From an uncultured Nitrososphaerales archaeon (GTDB lineage: Archaea > Thermoproteota > Nitrososphaeria > Nitrososphaerales > Nitrososphaeraceae): a stretch of 64,000 nucleotides of DNA. Of the stretch, positions 41,789 through 51,799 are shown piece after piece. The notes under the pieces were generated by a model. The model did not search any database, was not told where the DNA came from, and was given only the letters and a program-made list of their open reading frames with translations. The DNA lies in contig CAVPXM010000063.1 in assembly GCA_963709405.1 (NCBI GenBank), forward strand, positions 96,001 through 160,000, written 5' to 3'. Numbering within the stretch: position 1 is the stretch's first letter; each line of letters starts with the position of its first letter. A program made the translations under genes and the position numbers.

Positions 41789-42802
41789 TTGTCTCTAAAA
41801 CTTGGAACGGCCGACTTGGCGAAATACCCATTTCTTAACGAAGCTTCAAAATTTCTGGCTGAGAGTCATCTTGATGTAGACGAATTTACCAGACCAGAAA
41901 TGGAGTATATCATTGATAGAGCTGCGAAAAAAGTCGAGGTTGAAATGCAAGGAAAAATCGATAAGAACCTTGAAAGATATGAGGTGGAAGTTTTAACTTT
42001 TTTGGGGGCGCTTATTCTAGTTAAATTAATTAACATCGAACAAATCCTAAAAAGGCATTCCTTATTCGAAGCTATTCGAGCAGAAGGCTTTCTGATTCAA
42101 GACTTACGCAATGAAAGGAACGAACAAAAGAAGCGTTTGCTCTTGTTTAAGATTTTTAAGGAGTTGTTTGAAATTGAAGTCGACATCAACCCAGAAAATT
42201 CTCTATTATTCAGAATGAAAATAACAGACTACCTAACAAGGTCTTCACATTTTCACGAAGATGGATGGAAAATAATCAATAAGGCTCTACATGCCGGGTA
42301 TGTGTATTTGGACGCAGATGAGATTGTAAGACTAATAAGGAATGAACTTAGCAACTTCATATACGAAAAGATTAAAGCTATGTCCTTATCAAATGTTCCT
42401 GAACCTATCCTACGGAAAGCGAAGTCTTTGACACTAAAGTTCAGACCATTTTATGAGTATAGTCTGCCTAGAATTTCAGTTTTCCCACCTTGCATAAAAC
42501 ATGCGCTAGAGATAATGGCAAAAGGTGAGAATCTGCCACACACTGCAAGACTCATGCTAGGAACATACATGCTTTCTATCGGAAAGAGTATAGATGATAT
42601 CGTTACTCTCTTTCGTAACGCACCAGATTTTAACGAGAATATAACCAGATACCAGCTGGAGCACTTGGCTGGGCTGAAGGGCGGCCAGACTCGATATTAT
42701 GTTCCTTCTTGCAGTAAATTAAGTAGCGAAGATCTATGCTTTCGTACTTCAGAGTGCGGTGAAATAACAAATCCAGTGCAATTTATGTGCGGTACTAAAT
42801 AA
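41789..42802 (+). CDS. priL: DNA primase large subunit
   Basis: LAKYPFL, FPPCI, GENL.H.AR, PDF...IT.YQ..H, YVPSC..LC...C..ITNP. Confidence 0.9.
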   Translation: MSLKLGTADLAKYPFLNEASKFLAESHLDVDEFTRPEMEYIIDRAAKKVEVEMQGKIDKNLERYEVEVLTFLGALILVKLINIEQILKRHSLFEAIRAEGFLIQDLRNERNEQKKRLLLFKIFKELFEIEVDINPENSLLFRMKITDYLTRSSHFHEDGWKIINKALHAGYVYLDADEIVRLIRNELSNFIYEKIKAMSLSNVPEPILRKAKSLTLKFRPFYEYSLPRISVFPPCIKHALEIMAKGENLPHTARLMLGTYMLSIGKSIDDIVTLFRNAPDFNENITRYQLEHLAGLKGGQTRYYVPSCSKLSSEDLCFRTSECGEITNPVQFMCGTK

Positions 42803-42819
42803 TAGTAACCTAAAGTACT

Positions 42820-43970
42820 TTGAATAACATAAAGAACTTAACAAACGATGCTTTGTTTGTCCGGAGTGCATTTAGAGAATATTATTTTAATTATAGTGAA
42901 ATTGTTGAGATGCCGTCAAGGATAAAGGAAAGAGAATTTGGATGCATGAAGTTTCAAACAGGTATGATAAGACATTTATCATTCAACAATATAAAGGAAG
43001 TTTATGCTACTTTGATTAGAGACACCCCATCTGACTTCTATTGTTCGAATGCCTATTACAATTTCCCATCTCTTGCCATGCAAGACAAAGAATGGAAAGG
43101 TGCAGATCTTATTTTTGATATTGATGCAAAAGACTTAGTACTTCCATGTGAATCATCCCATCGGTATACCATCTGCGGCAACTGCGGCAAATTGCTGGAG
43201 ACGACACATGAACGATGTTCGATTTGCAAAACTTGTACTGTTCGAGTAGAATCCATTCCTTGTAGTAACTGTTTCGCCGGCCTCAGGAAAGAGGTAAATA
43301 AGCTTATTGATATCCTCACTGAGGAGATTGGAATTCCTTACGATAACATTGGCGTATATTTTTCTGGGAACAGTGGTTTTCATTTATACATTCATGATGT
43401 GTGTTTCCAACTTCTTGACTCGCGCGCCAGATCTGACTTAGCGGGTTATATCCTTGGTAATGGAATAAGACCAGATTTGATCGGAGTACGAAAGCTAGCA
43501 AGTGATAAATTTAGCATCAAATTCCCAAGGACAGGGTTTAGATACGGCTGGAGTATGAGACTAGCAAGAAAACTTCGAATCAACCATTCCTCGGCGTCGA
43601 AGCTGACAAACTTCATTCATGAGATCGGAGGATATGAAAGTTTTAGCCAGTATATTCTTAAATATGCAAAGGAAATCGGAATAAAAATAGATCCGCAGGT
43701 TACTATAGACGTACATCGAATATTCCGGCATGGTGGAACCTTGAATGGCAAGAGTGGTTTGTCCAAACTTCGATGTCTTGACGTAAATAAATTTGACCCA
43801 TTAAACGATGCATGTTTATTAGGTGAAAAGGAAGTGGAGGTATATGTGAAGCCTTCTAATCTAAAGTTGAAGCTTAAGCGACGTACATTCAGTATAGGTC
43901 CGGAAAAAGAGAAGCTGCCCACATTTCGGCCGTATATCTTATCTGCAAAGGATTGGCAACCACGATATGA
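42820..43970 (+). CDS. priS: DNA primase small subunit; probable 1-bp deletion near 43927, with the true stop likely at 43970 rather than 43986
   Basis: REFG, LIFDIDAKD, FSGNSGFH, ID..VT.DVHRIFR..GTLN.KS; repaired tail TF-x-AVYLICKGLA. Confidence 0.9.
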
Positions 43971-44141
43971 TTTTCGAACAACCTGATTAGAATAAAAATC
44001 CAGTGCTAGACTCGATAATTTTTAGATGTGGACCAGAAGCATCAGGCGAGATTCGTTAGGTTTATTCAGAGATGACGTATTTCGTGAAATCGATCCGTAG
44101 GAATAAACAAGCTGGAATACCTCTGCGATACAAGACTCACC

Positions 44142-44747
44142 CTAGATGGAAAAGGGTTTTCGCGAATTACTTTTTCCGAACTCTAGTGTGACCATACGAA
44201 TCCTGTGTGGATCAGCCCTAAACTTATCAAGGAAAATACTGGTGTAATCCAGTGGCGAGCCGTCTTTCCTGTCGAGTAATTTGAACCCTAGATCCAAAAA
44301 TGCCTTAATAAGCCAGTTGACATGTGTTGAGTAACTCTCATCTGACACTGGTTCTAGCAAATCATCAATGATTTCAGTTACAATCTTAAGGATCCCACTG
44401 TCCTTCAGTTTCGAACGAATTACCTTGTAAAATGATCCCCACTTTTGCTGATAAATTGGATCAATGTATTCAGGATCCGGTAGTACCATGACAATTAGAT
44501 CTATGGATTGGTCATTGAAACGTATCAAAGTGTTCTCAAACAATTCATTTATTATCGTAACGTTTTGTAGTTTCACACGCATTCGGGCTTGGTCAGCTAA
44601 ATTCTTATCTTTCTCGATCCCCACATAGGCCACCGATTGAGATCCCATCTGGTCTTCGGCCAATTTTTGCAAGACGCCTCCGTCCCCCATACCCAACTCC
44701 ACAATAACCTTCTCGCTGCGTAGAATTTTCTTTAAGTCATCTATCAT
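44142..44747 (-). CDS. Class I SAM methyltransferase, TrmB-like
   Basis: IVELGMGDG, YVGIE, VLPDP, LK..G....VTE, S.F..KF. Confidence 0.65.
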   Translation of the reverse strand: MIDDLKKILRSEKVIVELGMGDGGVLQKLAEDQMGSQSVAYVGIEKDKNLADQARMRVKLQNVTIINELFENTLIRFNDQSIDLIVMVLPDPEYIDPIYQQKWGSFYKVIRSKLKDSGILKIVTEIIDDLLEPVSDESYSTHVNWLIKAFLDLGFKLLDRKDGSPLDYTSIFLDKFRADPHRIRMVTLEFGKSNSRKPFSI

Positions 44748-44783
44748 GACTTGATATAGGAAATTTTAGTCCTATCTTCAAAA

Positions 44784-45389
44784 TCAAGGTTTGAGCAATT
44801 CTGACTCCAAAAGTTGTTGGATCAGCTGTACCACCTCTTGTTCAACTTGCTCTCTTGGCATACCTAATTTCGACGCGAATTGATCAGTGAGTTGATTGAC
44901 AGTTTTTGTTCCATCACATGAACTCCAGAACTCGACAATCGCTTGATTTACCATAAATCCTTGATTCTTGTCATTTAACAAGATTAATGATCCATCCTGC
45001 TCGGCGGTAGAATTTCCTGTTTTGGCAGGTTTGTAAGTTTCGTAATCGACTTGAAATCGGAGTTTTGGCTTGCCAAAGCCCATTTTTTCACGAACACTTG
45101 GATCCATTTTGTTTATATCCCATGGAGGATCCCACACTATTTCTACATCAACATTTTGAACTCCAGTAACTCTCCCTACGTACCTCTTTACGTCACCAAC
45201 CAATGTATCGTGCAAAGGACATCCTCTAGTCGTCATCGTCATTTTGATATCTACCGTATTTTCGGGCTTAACTTTAACATCATAAATAAGACCAAGGTCA
45301 ACCACATTTACAGGAATTTCTGGATCCATACATTTCCTTAATGCTGCATAAACTTGATCCTCCGAAACGGTCTGAGACGACATATCCAA
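44784..45389 (-). CDS. DUF59/SufT Fe-S assembly domain fused to a PqqD-like domain
   Basis: DPEIPVNVVDLGLIY, TMTTRGCP, VWDPPW; C-terminal VN....FW..CDG.KTV..L...F........V..EV......L.ESELL. Confidence 0.8.
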   Translation of the reverse strand: MDMSSQTVSEDQVYAALRKCMDPEIPVNVVDLGLIYDVKVKPENTVDIKMTMTTRGCPLHDTLVGDVKRYVGRVTGVQNVDVEIVWDPPWDINKMDPSVREKMGFGKPKLRFQVDYETYKPAKTGNSTAEQDGSLILLNDKNQGFMVNQAIVEFWSSCDGTKTVNQLTDQFASKLGMPREQVEQEVVQLIQQLLESELLKP

Positions 45390-46012
45390 ATTACCTCATC
45401 AACCAGATGATAAATACTTATTGCTATCCCAATATTACATTGAATATTAGTTGACGTTTGCCTGAACAGTTCCATCGAATGATGGACATCATTTAGTATC
45501 GTTTACAGAGGCATAAGCTGCTTTAAATGATAGGATTTAGGTGGGTATTTAATAGTTCAGATTAGTTCGTAGAGGCCTGGATTAAATGCAAAATTGATAA
45601 TGAGTCTTTTGAATCGGTTTTAAGTAATAACATTGTCTACACACCCGAATTAGGTACTATCCAATTTGCTTTTCTTTCTCCAGATATACAAATCATTTGG
45701 AACGATCCAACAAGCATCTCATCGCCAAATAATCATTGCATCATTGCATCAATGAACTCCTGATCAATACCGAATCCAAAAATCTAAATCCTTTATAATT
45801 GATCTCTGGCAATTACAGACCGGCTTTTGTATCGTGCAACCCGATTTATACCTACAGTCAGTCAGTGTTGTTAGTAATTAAAGTTGAAATTCTAAAATCA
45901 TCATTATATAATGAAATGAATTTGATGAAATCCTAAGCAAATAAAGGGATTCTAAAAGGTCAGGATGTTTGAACTTTGAAATTTCTGTAGATGATTATTT
46001 TTCTATCATTTC

Positions 46013-47104
46013 TCATGTGGTTATTGAAAGTTTGAAGAGGTCTTGTATAGATTCATTCAAGGGCTGCTGTAGCAGTCCTTTTTCAGTTATAATGTTAGTA
46101 ATTAAATTGGGAGGAGTAATATCGAATGCTGGATTAAATATGTGTACCCCTCTTGGGACTATTCTTTTGCCTGCCATTTTCGTTACCTCTTTTGAGTCGC
46201 GCTCTTCTATTACCACGTCCTCAATTCGACTTTTGAGATCAAATGATGATAGGGGAGCTGCCACGTAAAAGGGAATTTTATGCGCCTTTGCGAGAGTTGC
46301 AATCTGGTATGTGCCAACTTTGTTGTATACATGCCCGGTTCGTAAAATTCTATCTGCGCCTACTATAACACGTTTTACAATACCTCTCGCCATCAAAAGT
46401 CCTACGCCTGTGTCTGGGACCAAACTTACATCTATACCATCATGTTTAAGTTCAAACGCTGTCAAACGTGAGCCTTGTAGGACAGGTCTAGTCTCTGTAG
46501 CAATTACACTTATACTCTTCCCAGACTCTTTGACCGCGCGGATGACACCTAGGGCAGTACCATATCCTACAGTCGCCAATGACCCTGCGTTGCAATGTGT
46601 CATGACTATCTCGCCATTCCTAAATAACCCCGATCCTATTTTCCCAATCTTCCTGTTTATCTCAATATCCTCTGCCGCCATTTTAATAACTTCTCTAACG
46701 ACACAATTTTGGATCTCCTTAACTCGTCGCCCTTTTTTTGCTAGTTTCATTATTCTCTCTAACGCCCATAATAAGTTAATAGCAGTTGGACGAGTCGATC
46801 GCAAGACCTCAAATGCAAGCTGTAGATCTGAAATAAGATCAACTTTATTTGTCGCCTTGCTCTTGATGCATGCAAGTGCAAGTCCCATAGCTCCAGCAAC
46901 TCCGATAGCAGGAGCACCCCTTATCATCAAGCTTTTTATCGCTTTAGCAACTTCAGTATAGTCTTGAAATTTTCTATATGTTAATTTATTGGGTAGTTTG
47001 GTTTGGTCGATCATAATGACAGAATCTTCCTTCCACGTTAGCGTTACTAGACTGTTATAGCTTTGTTTAGTATGTGATTTCATTAATAATTTTGTTCCCT
47101 CCAA
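46013..47104 (-). CDS. mtnA: Methylthioribose-1-phosphate isomerase
   Basis: DQTKLP, IRGAPAIG, TRPTAINL, THCNAGSLAT..YGTA, ETRPVLQGSRLTAFE, NPAFDITP. Confidence 0.93.
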   Translation of the reverse strand: MEGTKLLMKSHTKQSYNSLVTLTWKEDSVIMIDQTKLPNKLTYRKFQDYTEVAKAIKSLMIRGAPAIGVAGAMGLALACIKSKATNKVDLISDLQLAFEVLRSTRPTAINLLWALERIMKLAKKGRRVKEIQNCVVREVIKMAAEDIEINRKIGKIGSGLFRNGEIVMTHCNAGSLATVGYGTALGVIRAVKESGKSISVIATETRPVLQGSRLTAFELKHDGIDVSLVPDTGVGLLMARGIVKRVIVGADRILRTGHVYNKVGTYQIATLAKAHKIPFYVAAPLSSFDLKSRIEDVVIEERDSKEVTKMAGKRIVPRGVHIFNPAFDITPPNLITNIITEKGLLQQPLNESIQDLFKLSITT

Positions 47105-47195
47105 GAGATATATTAAATTTGGGTACCATTAGAATTCAGTTTTATCTTGTGTCACTTATTTAATATATAAAAAATGATGAAACTAATGCATAGTG

Positions 47196-48623
47196 TTATT
47201 GTCTAAGGCTGTGTGACGATCCAGTTCCTATTGACTCATATACGATCTGCTCATTAGTAATGAAGGCATCGTTTAATATTCGTCTTCCATCGTAGACTAC
47301 TGCATCTCCCATTATCTCTGGATTTAGCATTCGATATTCACTGTGATTGGCAACTACTATTACCAAATCAGCACCTGCAAGTGCCTTCTTGATATCTGAA
47401 TAAAGAACTATTTTCTCTTCACTTTCCAATATAGGATCCCGTATAACAAATGGATCATGAATTCTTATTTCTAGAATGCTATACTTCTTTAATTCATTTA
47501 TGACAGAATATGTTGGAGAGAGCCTTGTATCAGAGACGTCACCACGAAATGCGAGACCAAGGAGCGTTATGACTGCACCTGCAGGTGTCTTCTTGTGTTT
47601 TCCCTCTCTCTTTAGAAGAGAAATTGCTCGCTTCACGGCGTAGCTAGGCATCGAATCATTAATGGATCTAGACAAGCGGATTAGATTTCCTTCTGCTTTA
47701 ACCTTCTCTGCAGCTTGCAGAACAAACTGCGGATAAATGGGAATGCAAGCACCTCCTACACCTATCCCCGGATCGTGTAGCTGACAAAAGCGTTGCGAAT
47801 TAGCTGCAGCCTTTACCTCCCAAAAATCTACCCCTAAGCTATCACAAATTTTAGCTAGTTCGTTGGCTATAGCAATGTTCGCATCTCGATAAACGCCTTC
47901 GAACAGCTTCTCAGCTTCAGCAGCCCGGATGTTAGTCATGGCCTTAACACCTTTATTAAAAATAATAGAATAGAGCTTAATTCCGATTTCTAAGCTCAAG
48001 TTGCCAACTCCTGCAACGATAGCTGGATAATTTTTCTCTATATCTTCAATGGCCCTTCCCACATAGATTCTTTCTGGATTGTATATAACGTAGAAGTCCC
48101 GTTCGGCTCTTAACGAATTACCATTCTTCTGTTCTAGGATCGGTATCAAAAGTTCCTCCGTAGTTCCTGGCGGAACACTTGGATTTAATGCAACAATGTC
48201 GCCCTTATTCAAATGTGGTGCTATTGTTCCAGCAACTTCCTTTACGGAGGTCAAGTCGGCTTTGCCATCTTTCGCCAGAACTGGTACGCAAATTATTTTA
48301 AAGGCACAATGGTCTGGTACCTGTGACTCATTCTCGAAAACTTTGAATCTATTTTCTCTAATACCTTTGCTAAATGCTTCATTCACCCCAGGTTCTGGAA
48401 TATGAGTTGTACCCTTCGTGGCATTTTTTATTACCTTTTGTGATTTGTCTAGGCCTATAACATGTGCACCGGCTCTAAGCCAAACAGATGCAATACTAGA
48501 TCCCACATGACCCAATCCATATACTGCTATCTTAAGCTCTCCAGCCTTCATTCTACTGTGAATTTCAGCCGGAGTGGCAGAAAAGTAAAAAGAGGAGATA
48601 TCTTGAAGATTAACTTCGGTCAT
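47196..48623 (-). CDS. Full-length nucleotide-sugar dehydrogenase (UDP-N-acetylhexosamine type)
   Basis: VYGLGHVG, SVPPGTT, PERI..G, K..E..YRD.NIA.ANE, GVGGACIP, LGLAFR..D.R.SP. Confidence 0.9.
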   Translation of the reverse strand: MTEVNLQDISSFYFSATPAEIHSRMKAGELKIAVYGLGHVGSSIASVWLRAGAHVIGLDKSQKVIKNATKGTTHIPEPGVNEAFSKGIRENRFKVFENESQVPDHCAFKIICVPVLAKDGKADLTSVKEVAGTIAPHLNKGDIVALNPSVPPGTTEELLIPILEQKNGNSLRAERDFYVIYNPERIYVGRAIEDIEKNYPAIVAGVGNLSLEIGIKLYSIIFNKGVKAMTNIRAAEAEKLFEGVYRDANIAIANELAKICDSLGVDFWEVKAAANSQRFCQLHDPGIGVGGACIPIYPQFVLQAAEKVKAEGNLIRLSRSINDSMPSYAVKRAISLLKREGKHKKTPAGAVITLLGLAFRGDVSDTRLSPTYSVINELKKYSILEIRIHDPFVIRDPILESEEKIVLYSDIKKALAGADLVIVVANHSEYRMLNPEIMGDAVVYDGRRILNDAFITNEQIVYESIGTGSSHSLRQ

Positions 48624-48851
48624 TCGAATCTTTACCGCCTTATTCTTATAATAAGATTGTTTTAATTCTAGTCGAAATAATTAGATGCTACTCCGAGTCA
48701 TTATACCCTAGTTCAATAACAGCAATTGTTATTGAATCATGAAAGATTTTTTAATTTTTACCTTTTGTTCGCCTACATTTATTCGTCTTCTGTCAGCTAC
48801 CTACTGCATTCTACATACTTCTGGAATGATTTCTATAAAAAAAATTACACT

Positions 48852-48885
48852 AAATCTTAACACGCACCAAATCTTAACACGTTCC
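48852..48885. repeat. Tandem 17-bp direct repeat, two copies
   Basis: AAATCTTAACACGCACC followed by AAATCTTAACACGTTCC. Confidence 0.8.
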
Positions 48886-49376
48886 AATAATAGATGCTTA
48901 GTTCAATTCGATACTCCGAAATGAGTTTTTTTAAGCTAATTGCAGTACTTTCAAAATCGTCCTTCAGCGGGGACCTTTTAGTTCTAAATCGTAGTACGCC
49001 TGTCGGAAATTTACGTTACGTGCCAGGGACGAGTTTTAGTGTCGACAGATAGCGATATCGATGAAGGTATCTCATCCCCCGAAATTACTATATCGCCTGT
49101 CTCCATGAAGACGTGATTGCTTTAATCGTTATACCTGGATTAGGTCAGTTTAGACGAGCCAAACACTATCTGCAAGGCACTAACTGTATGTTTTCCAACT
49201 GCGTATATATACACCCAGGGTTTTTGATCGCCTATATCCTGCAACTAAAGTGCTATTTTCATGCCTGTCAGAATCACTTCGGCAGCATTTCTAAAACCCG
49301 TCTTGATCCATATTATTTACTATAATATAGTTTTGTTTTGCTTTTATTCATCCGCCTACTTAGAATTATATTATAG

Positions 49377-50749
49377 ATGAAGAAGAGAACTGAGAATGAA
49401 ATAAGGGTACAAATATTAACTGCAGCTATTTCTGGTGCTACAAAAACTGAAATTATGTTCAAGGCGTTCCTTACCCACAATCAATTTTATAATTATCTTG
49501 CCTTCCTGATGAAATCCGATATGATTAGGTATCAAAAGGTCCAAGGTGTTTATAAAACCTCGGAAATTGGTCTAGGCTATCTTGGTACTCAACTCAAATT
49601 GACTGATAATTGCGGCAGTTACTCGTCCAGTAAGAGTTTGCTCGACAAAGTTCTTGTGATAGGTTTGGGTCAACTCGGTTTACCCGTAGCAAAATATGTC
49701 AAGGAACAAGGAGGATTTGATACGTATGGCTATGATATAAGTACAAAAGCAATAGATCGTGCACAGAAATTAGCTGGAATAAAAAAGATTGGTGGTAATG
49801 ACGGTAGTGATGGTGGTAGTAGTAGTAGCAGTAGTACTAGCAGCAGTAATAACAATAACGCTATCGATTTTAGTGAATTCGATGTCTTTATCATATGCGT
49901 TTCTACTCACAAACCAGATGACATGTTTTCTCCACAAATAGATGGTCTATTATCTATAGTTGAAAAGATTTCAAAAGAAGCAAAGAATGGAGCACTAGTA
50001 TCAATAGAAAGTACTATTCCAAAAGGTACATCAAAGAAGGTATTTGAAATGCTTAATCATAGACTACATGTAGCTCATGCTCCACATCGCTGGTATGCAT
50101 TAGAACAAGAAGAGCATGGTGTCAATCAGTTGCGAGTATTGGGTGGAGTTTGTGAGTGCTGTCTAAATGTAGCCATGCAATTTTATGATGGTAGAGTACT
50201 AGGAGGACGAGAGGAGGAGGAGAAGGGGAAGGCCGAACAGAAGCAGGAGTACCAGTAGCAGTAGCACTAGGATCAGGACAGAAATATAACGAAAATACGA
50301 ATAACAATAATATCAAAGATCATGATACAGTGAATACTCCCAAGAGCTTGGGGATTCGTATGCATCCAGTACCTCAAGTAGAAATTGCTGAAATTACAAA
50401 GATTGCTGAAAATGCACACAGATATCTACAAATAGCATTTGCCGAAGATCTTTATCTTTACTGTCAAGCAAACAACATAAATTTTGCAGAATTACGTGAT
50501 GCTTTAAACACAAAATGGAATGTGGATATACTTGAGCCAAGGGATGGAATAGGCGGCCATTGTCTACCAAAAGATACTAAGATGTTCTTGCAATCTTCCA
50601 AGTCAATAAGAAGTAAGATGTTGGCAGCAGCGATGGAAGTAGATGAGGATTACAAAAGGTATAGACAGCAAAGAAGTACGATTGTGCAACCGAATCAACC
50701 ATTATCAGCAAGAAGGCCATTTAATGACAATCGCACTGTGGAGTACTAA
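49377..50749 (+). CDS. Winged-helix domain fused to a truncated nucleotide-sugar dehydrogenase; frameshift near 50211 in a GAG/GGA-rich tract
   Basis: N-terminal IL....GATKTEIMFKAFL...Q...YL..L; then VLVIGLGQLG, ICVSTH, IESTIPKGT, PHR; 3' frame K.AENAHRYLQIAFAE, GIGGHCLPKD; no C-terminal UDP-binding domain. Confidence 0.75.
49791..49860 (+). repeat. In-frame trinucleotide low-complexity tract encoding GGNDGSDGGSSSSSSTSSSNNNN
   Basis: GGT/AGT/AGC/AAT runs visible in the sequence. Confidence 0.75.
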
Positions 50750-50896
50750 GTCACGTATTCTTTAGGCTAAGGATGCGTTGATCGGATACGAATTTAATCA
50801 TTTCATCCATTGAAGAACAGTAGTTCGCGTATGCTGATTTGAGTTGTAGCATCTACATGAGCGATTATTGAAAAAGTACTTATTGCTAGATCGAAA

Positions 50897-51304
50897 TTGA
50901 TATGTAGTAGGTTTACTATGGCATCTGATTCGATTCATGAAATATTTGTTTCGCATAGTAGAAAACTTGTTGTATCAAGCAATGAGATTGATCTTTCTAA
51001 AAGATACCCAATAGATATTTTCTTCTTGCTAGTACAGGAGTCTAGGGGATCAGCTGGAGGAAGGGGGGGCGGATCTGGTACAAGAAGGATCGAAAGGGTC
51101 TTGGGATATACATGTGAAACAGGAGAATGCAGAATTATTTATGATACGTCAGACGAATCTGAGATCGAGAAATTTGAAATTCCATATAGTGCCGTGGCAA
51201 TGGATATAAGCCTTGAAGATGGGAGCGAAATAGTGGTCCAGGGGATTGTTGACCCTGCCCTTATCAAAAACTACAAGGATTTGATATCCGGGTTATCTCG
51301 CTAA
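50897..51304 (+). CDS. Hypothetical protein with a Gly-rich loop (start may be ATG 50918)
   Basis: 135 aa ORF containing GSAGGRGGGSG. Confidence 0.6.
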   Translation: MICSRFTMASDSIHEIFVSHSRKLVVSSNEIDLSKRYPIDIFFLLVQESRGSAGGRGGGSGTRRIERVLGYTCETGECRIIYDTSDESEIEKFEIPYSAVAMDISLEDGSEIVVQGIVDPALIKNYKDLISGLSR

Positions 51305-51454
51305 GCATAAAAATTTCTGTCTTGACATGAAATGCCGAATAATTACTATTTGACTAACTACATATGTTGAGACCACGATATTACTCTGCAATTTAGCATT
51401 TTTGAATTCTGAAAAATTGTTCGTATTATTATTAGTCCCTCTTTATGCAAAGGA

Positions 51455-51799
51455 CTATAATGCCTTATCCTGAGTTTCCCTGGTACCAATGTCAAATGCG
51501 TCAAGGACGTCATATACAAAAATCTTACCGTCTGAAGCAGAACCTGTGCTCAAGCCATCTAGGATATCCTGAACAATGGGCTTCAATTTATCGTCCGAAA
51601 CCAAAACCTCGATCTTCGTTCTGGATCCGAATTCAGGGACATAACGCATAACCCCTCGCCCAACCGCTATTGGCTCACGCTTTGCACGACCTCTTCCCTT
51701 TATATCATAAAACGTTAGGCCACCGACTTTATGATTGTGAAGGATTTCGTTAACTTCACGCAATCGCTCATGTGGTACAATAATTTCTATGCGCTTCAT
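51455..51799 (-). CDS. P-II family nitrogen regulatory protein
   Basis: MKRIEIIV, GLTFYDIKGRG, KIEVLV, TG..SDGKIFVYDV....DIGT.E. Confidence 0.93.
   Translation of the reverse strand: MKRIEIIVPHERLREVNEILHNHKVGGLTFYDIKGRGRAKREPIAVGRGVMRYVPEFGSRTKIEVLVSDDKLKPIVQDILDGLSTGSASDGKIFVYDVLDAFDIGTRETQDKAL

Noticed and set aside
10555-45389. A RiPP gene cluster from TldD/E, C39-like peptidase, radical SAM and PqqD domain
   Set aside because: The genes are spread over 35 kb among housekeeping operons, no precursor peptide is visible, and the radical SAM looks Grs-like with no SPASM domain
45390-46012. Hidden precursor peptide or C/D-box sRNA upstream of the DUF59-PqqD gene
   Set aside because: AT-rich; by eye I found no convincing ORF or properly spaced C and D boxes, though a peptide under 60 aa cannot be excluded
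46311-46961. 216-aa antisense ORF inside mtnA and the many other short antisense or overlapping ORFs in the track
   Set aside because: Shadow ORFs of well-supported genes with no recognisable motifs
48852-48885. CRISPR array remnant
   Set aside because: Only two abutting 17-bp units, no spacers and no cas genes
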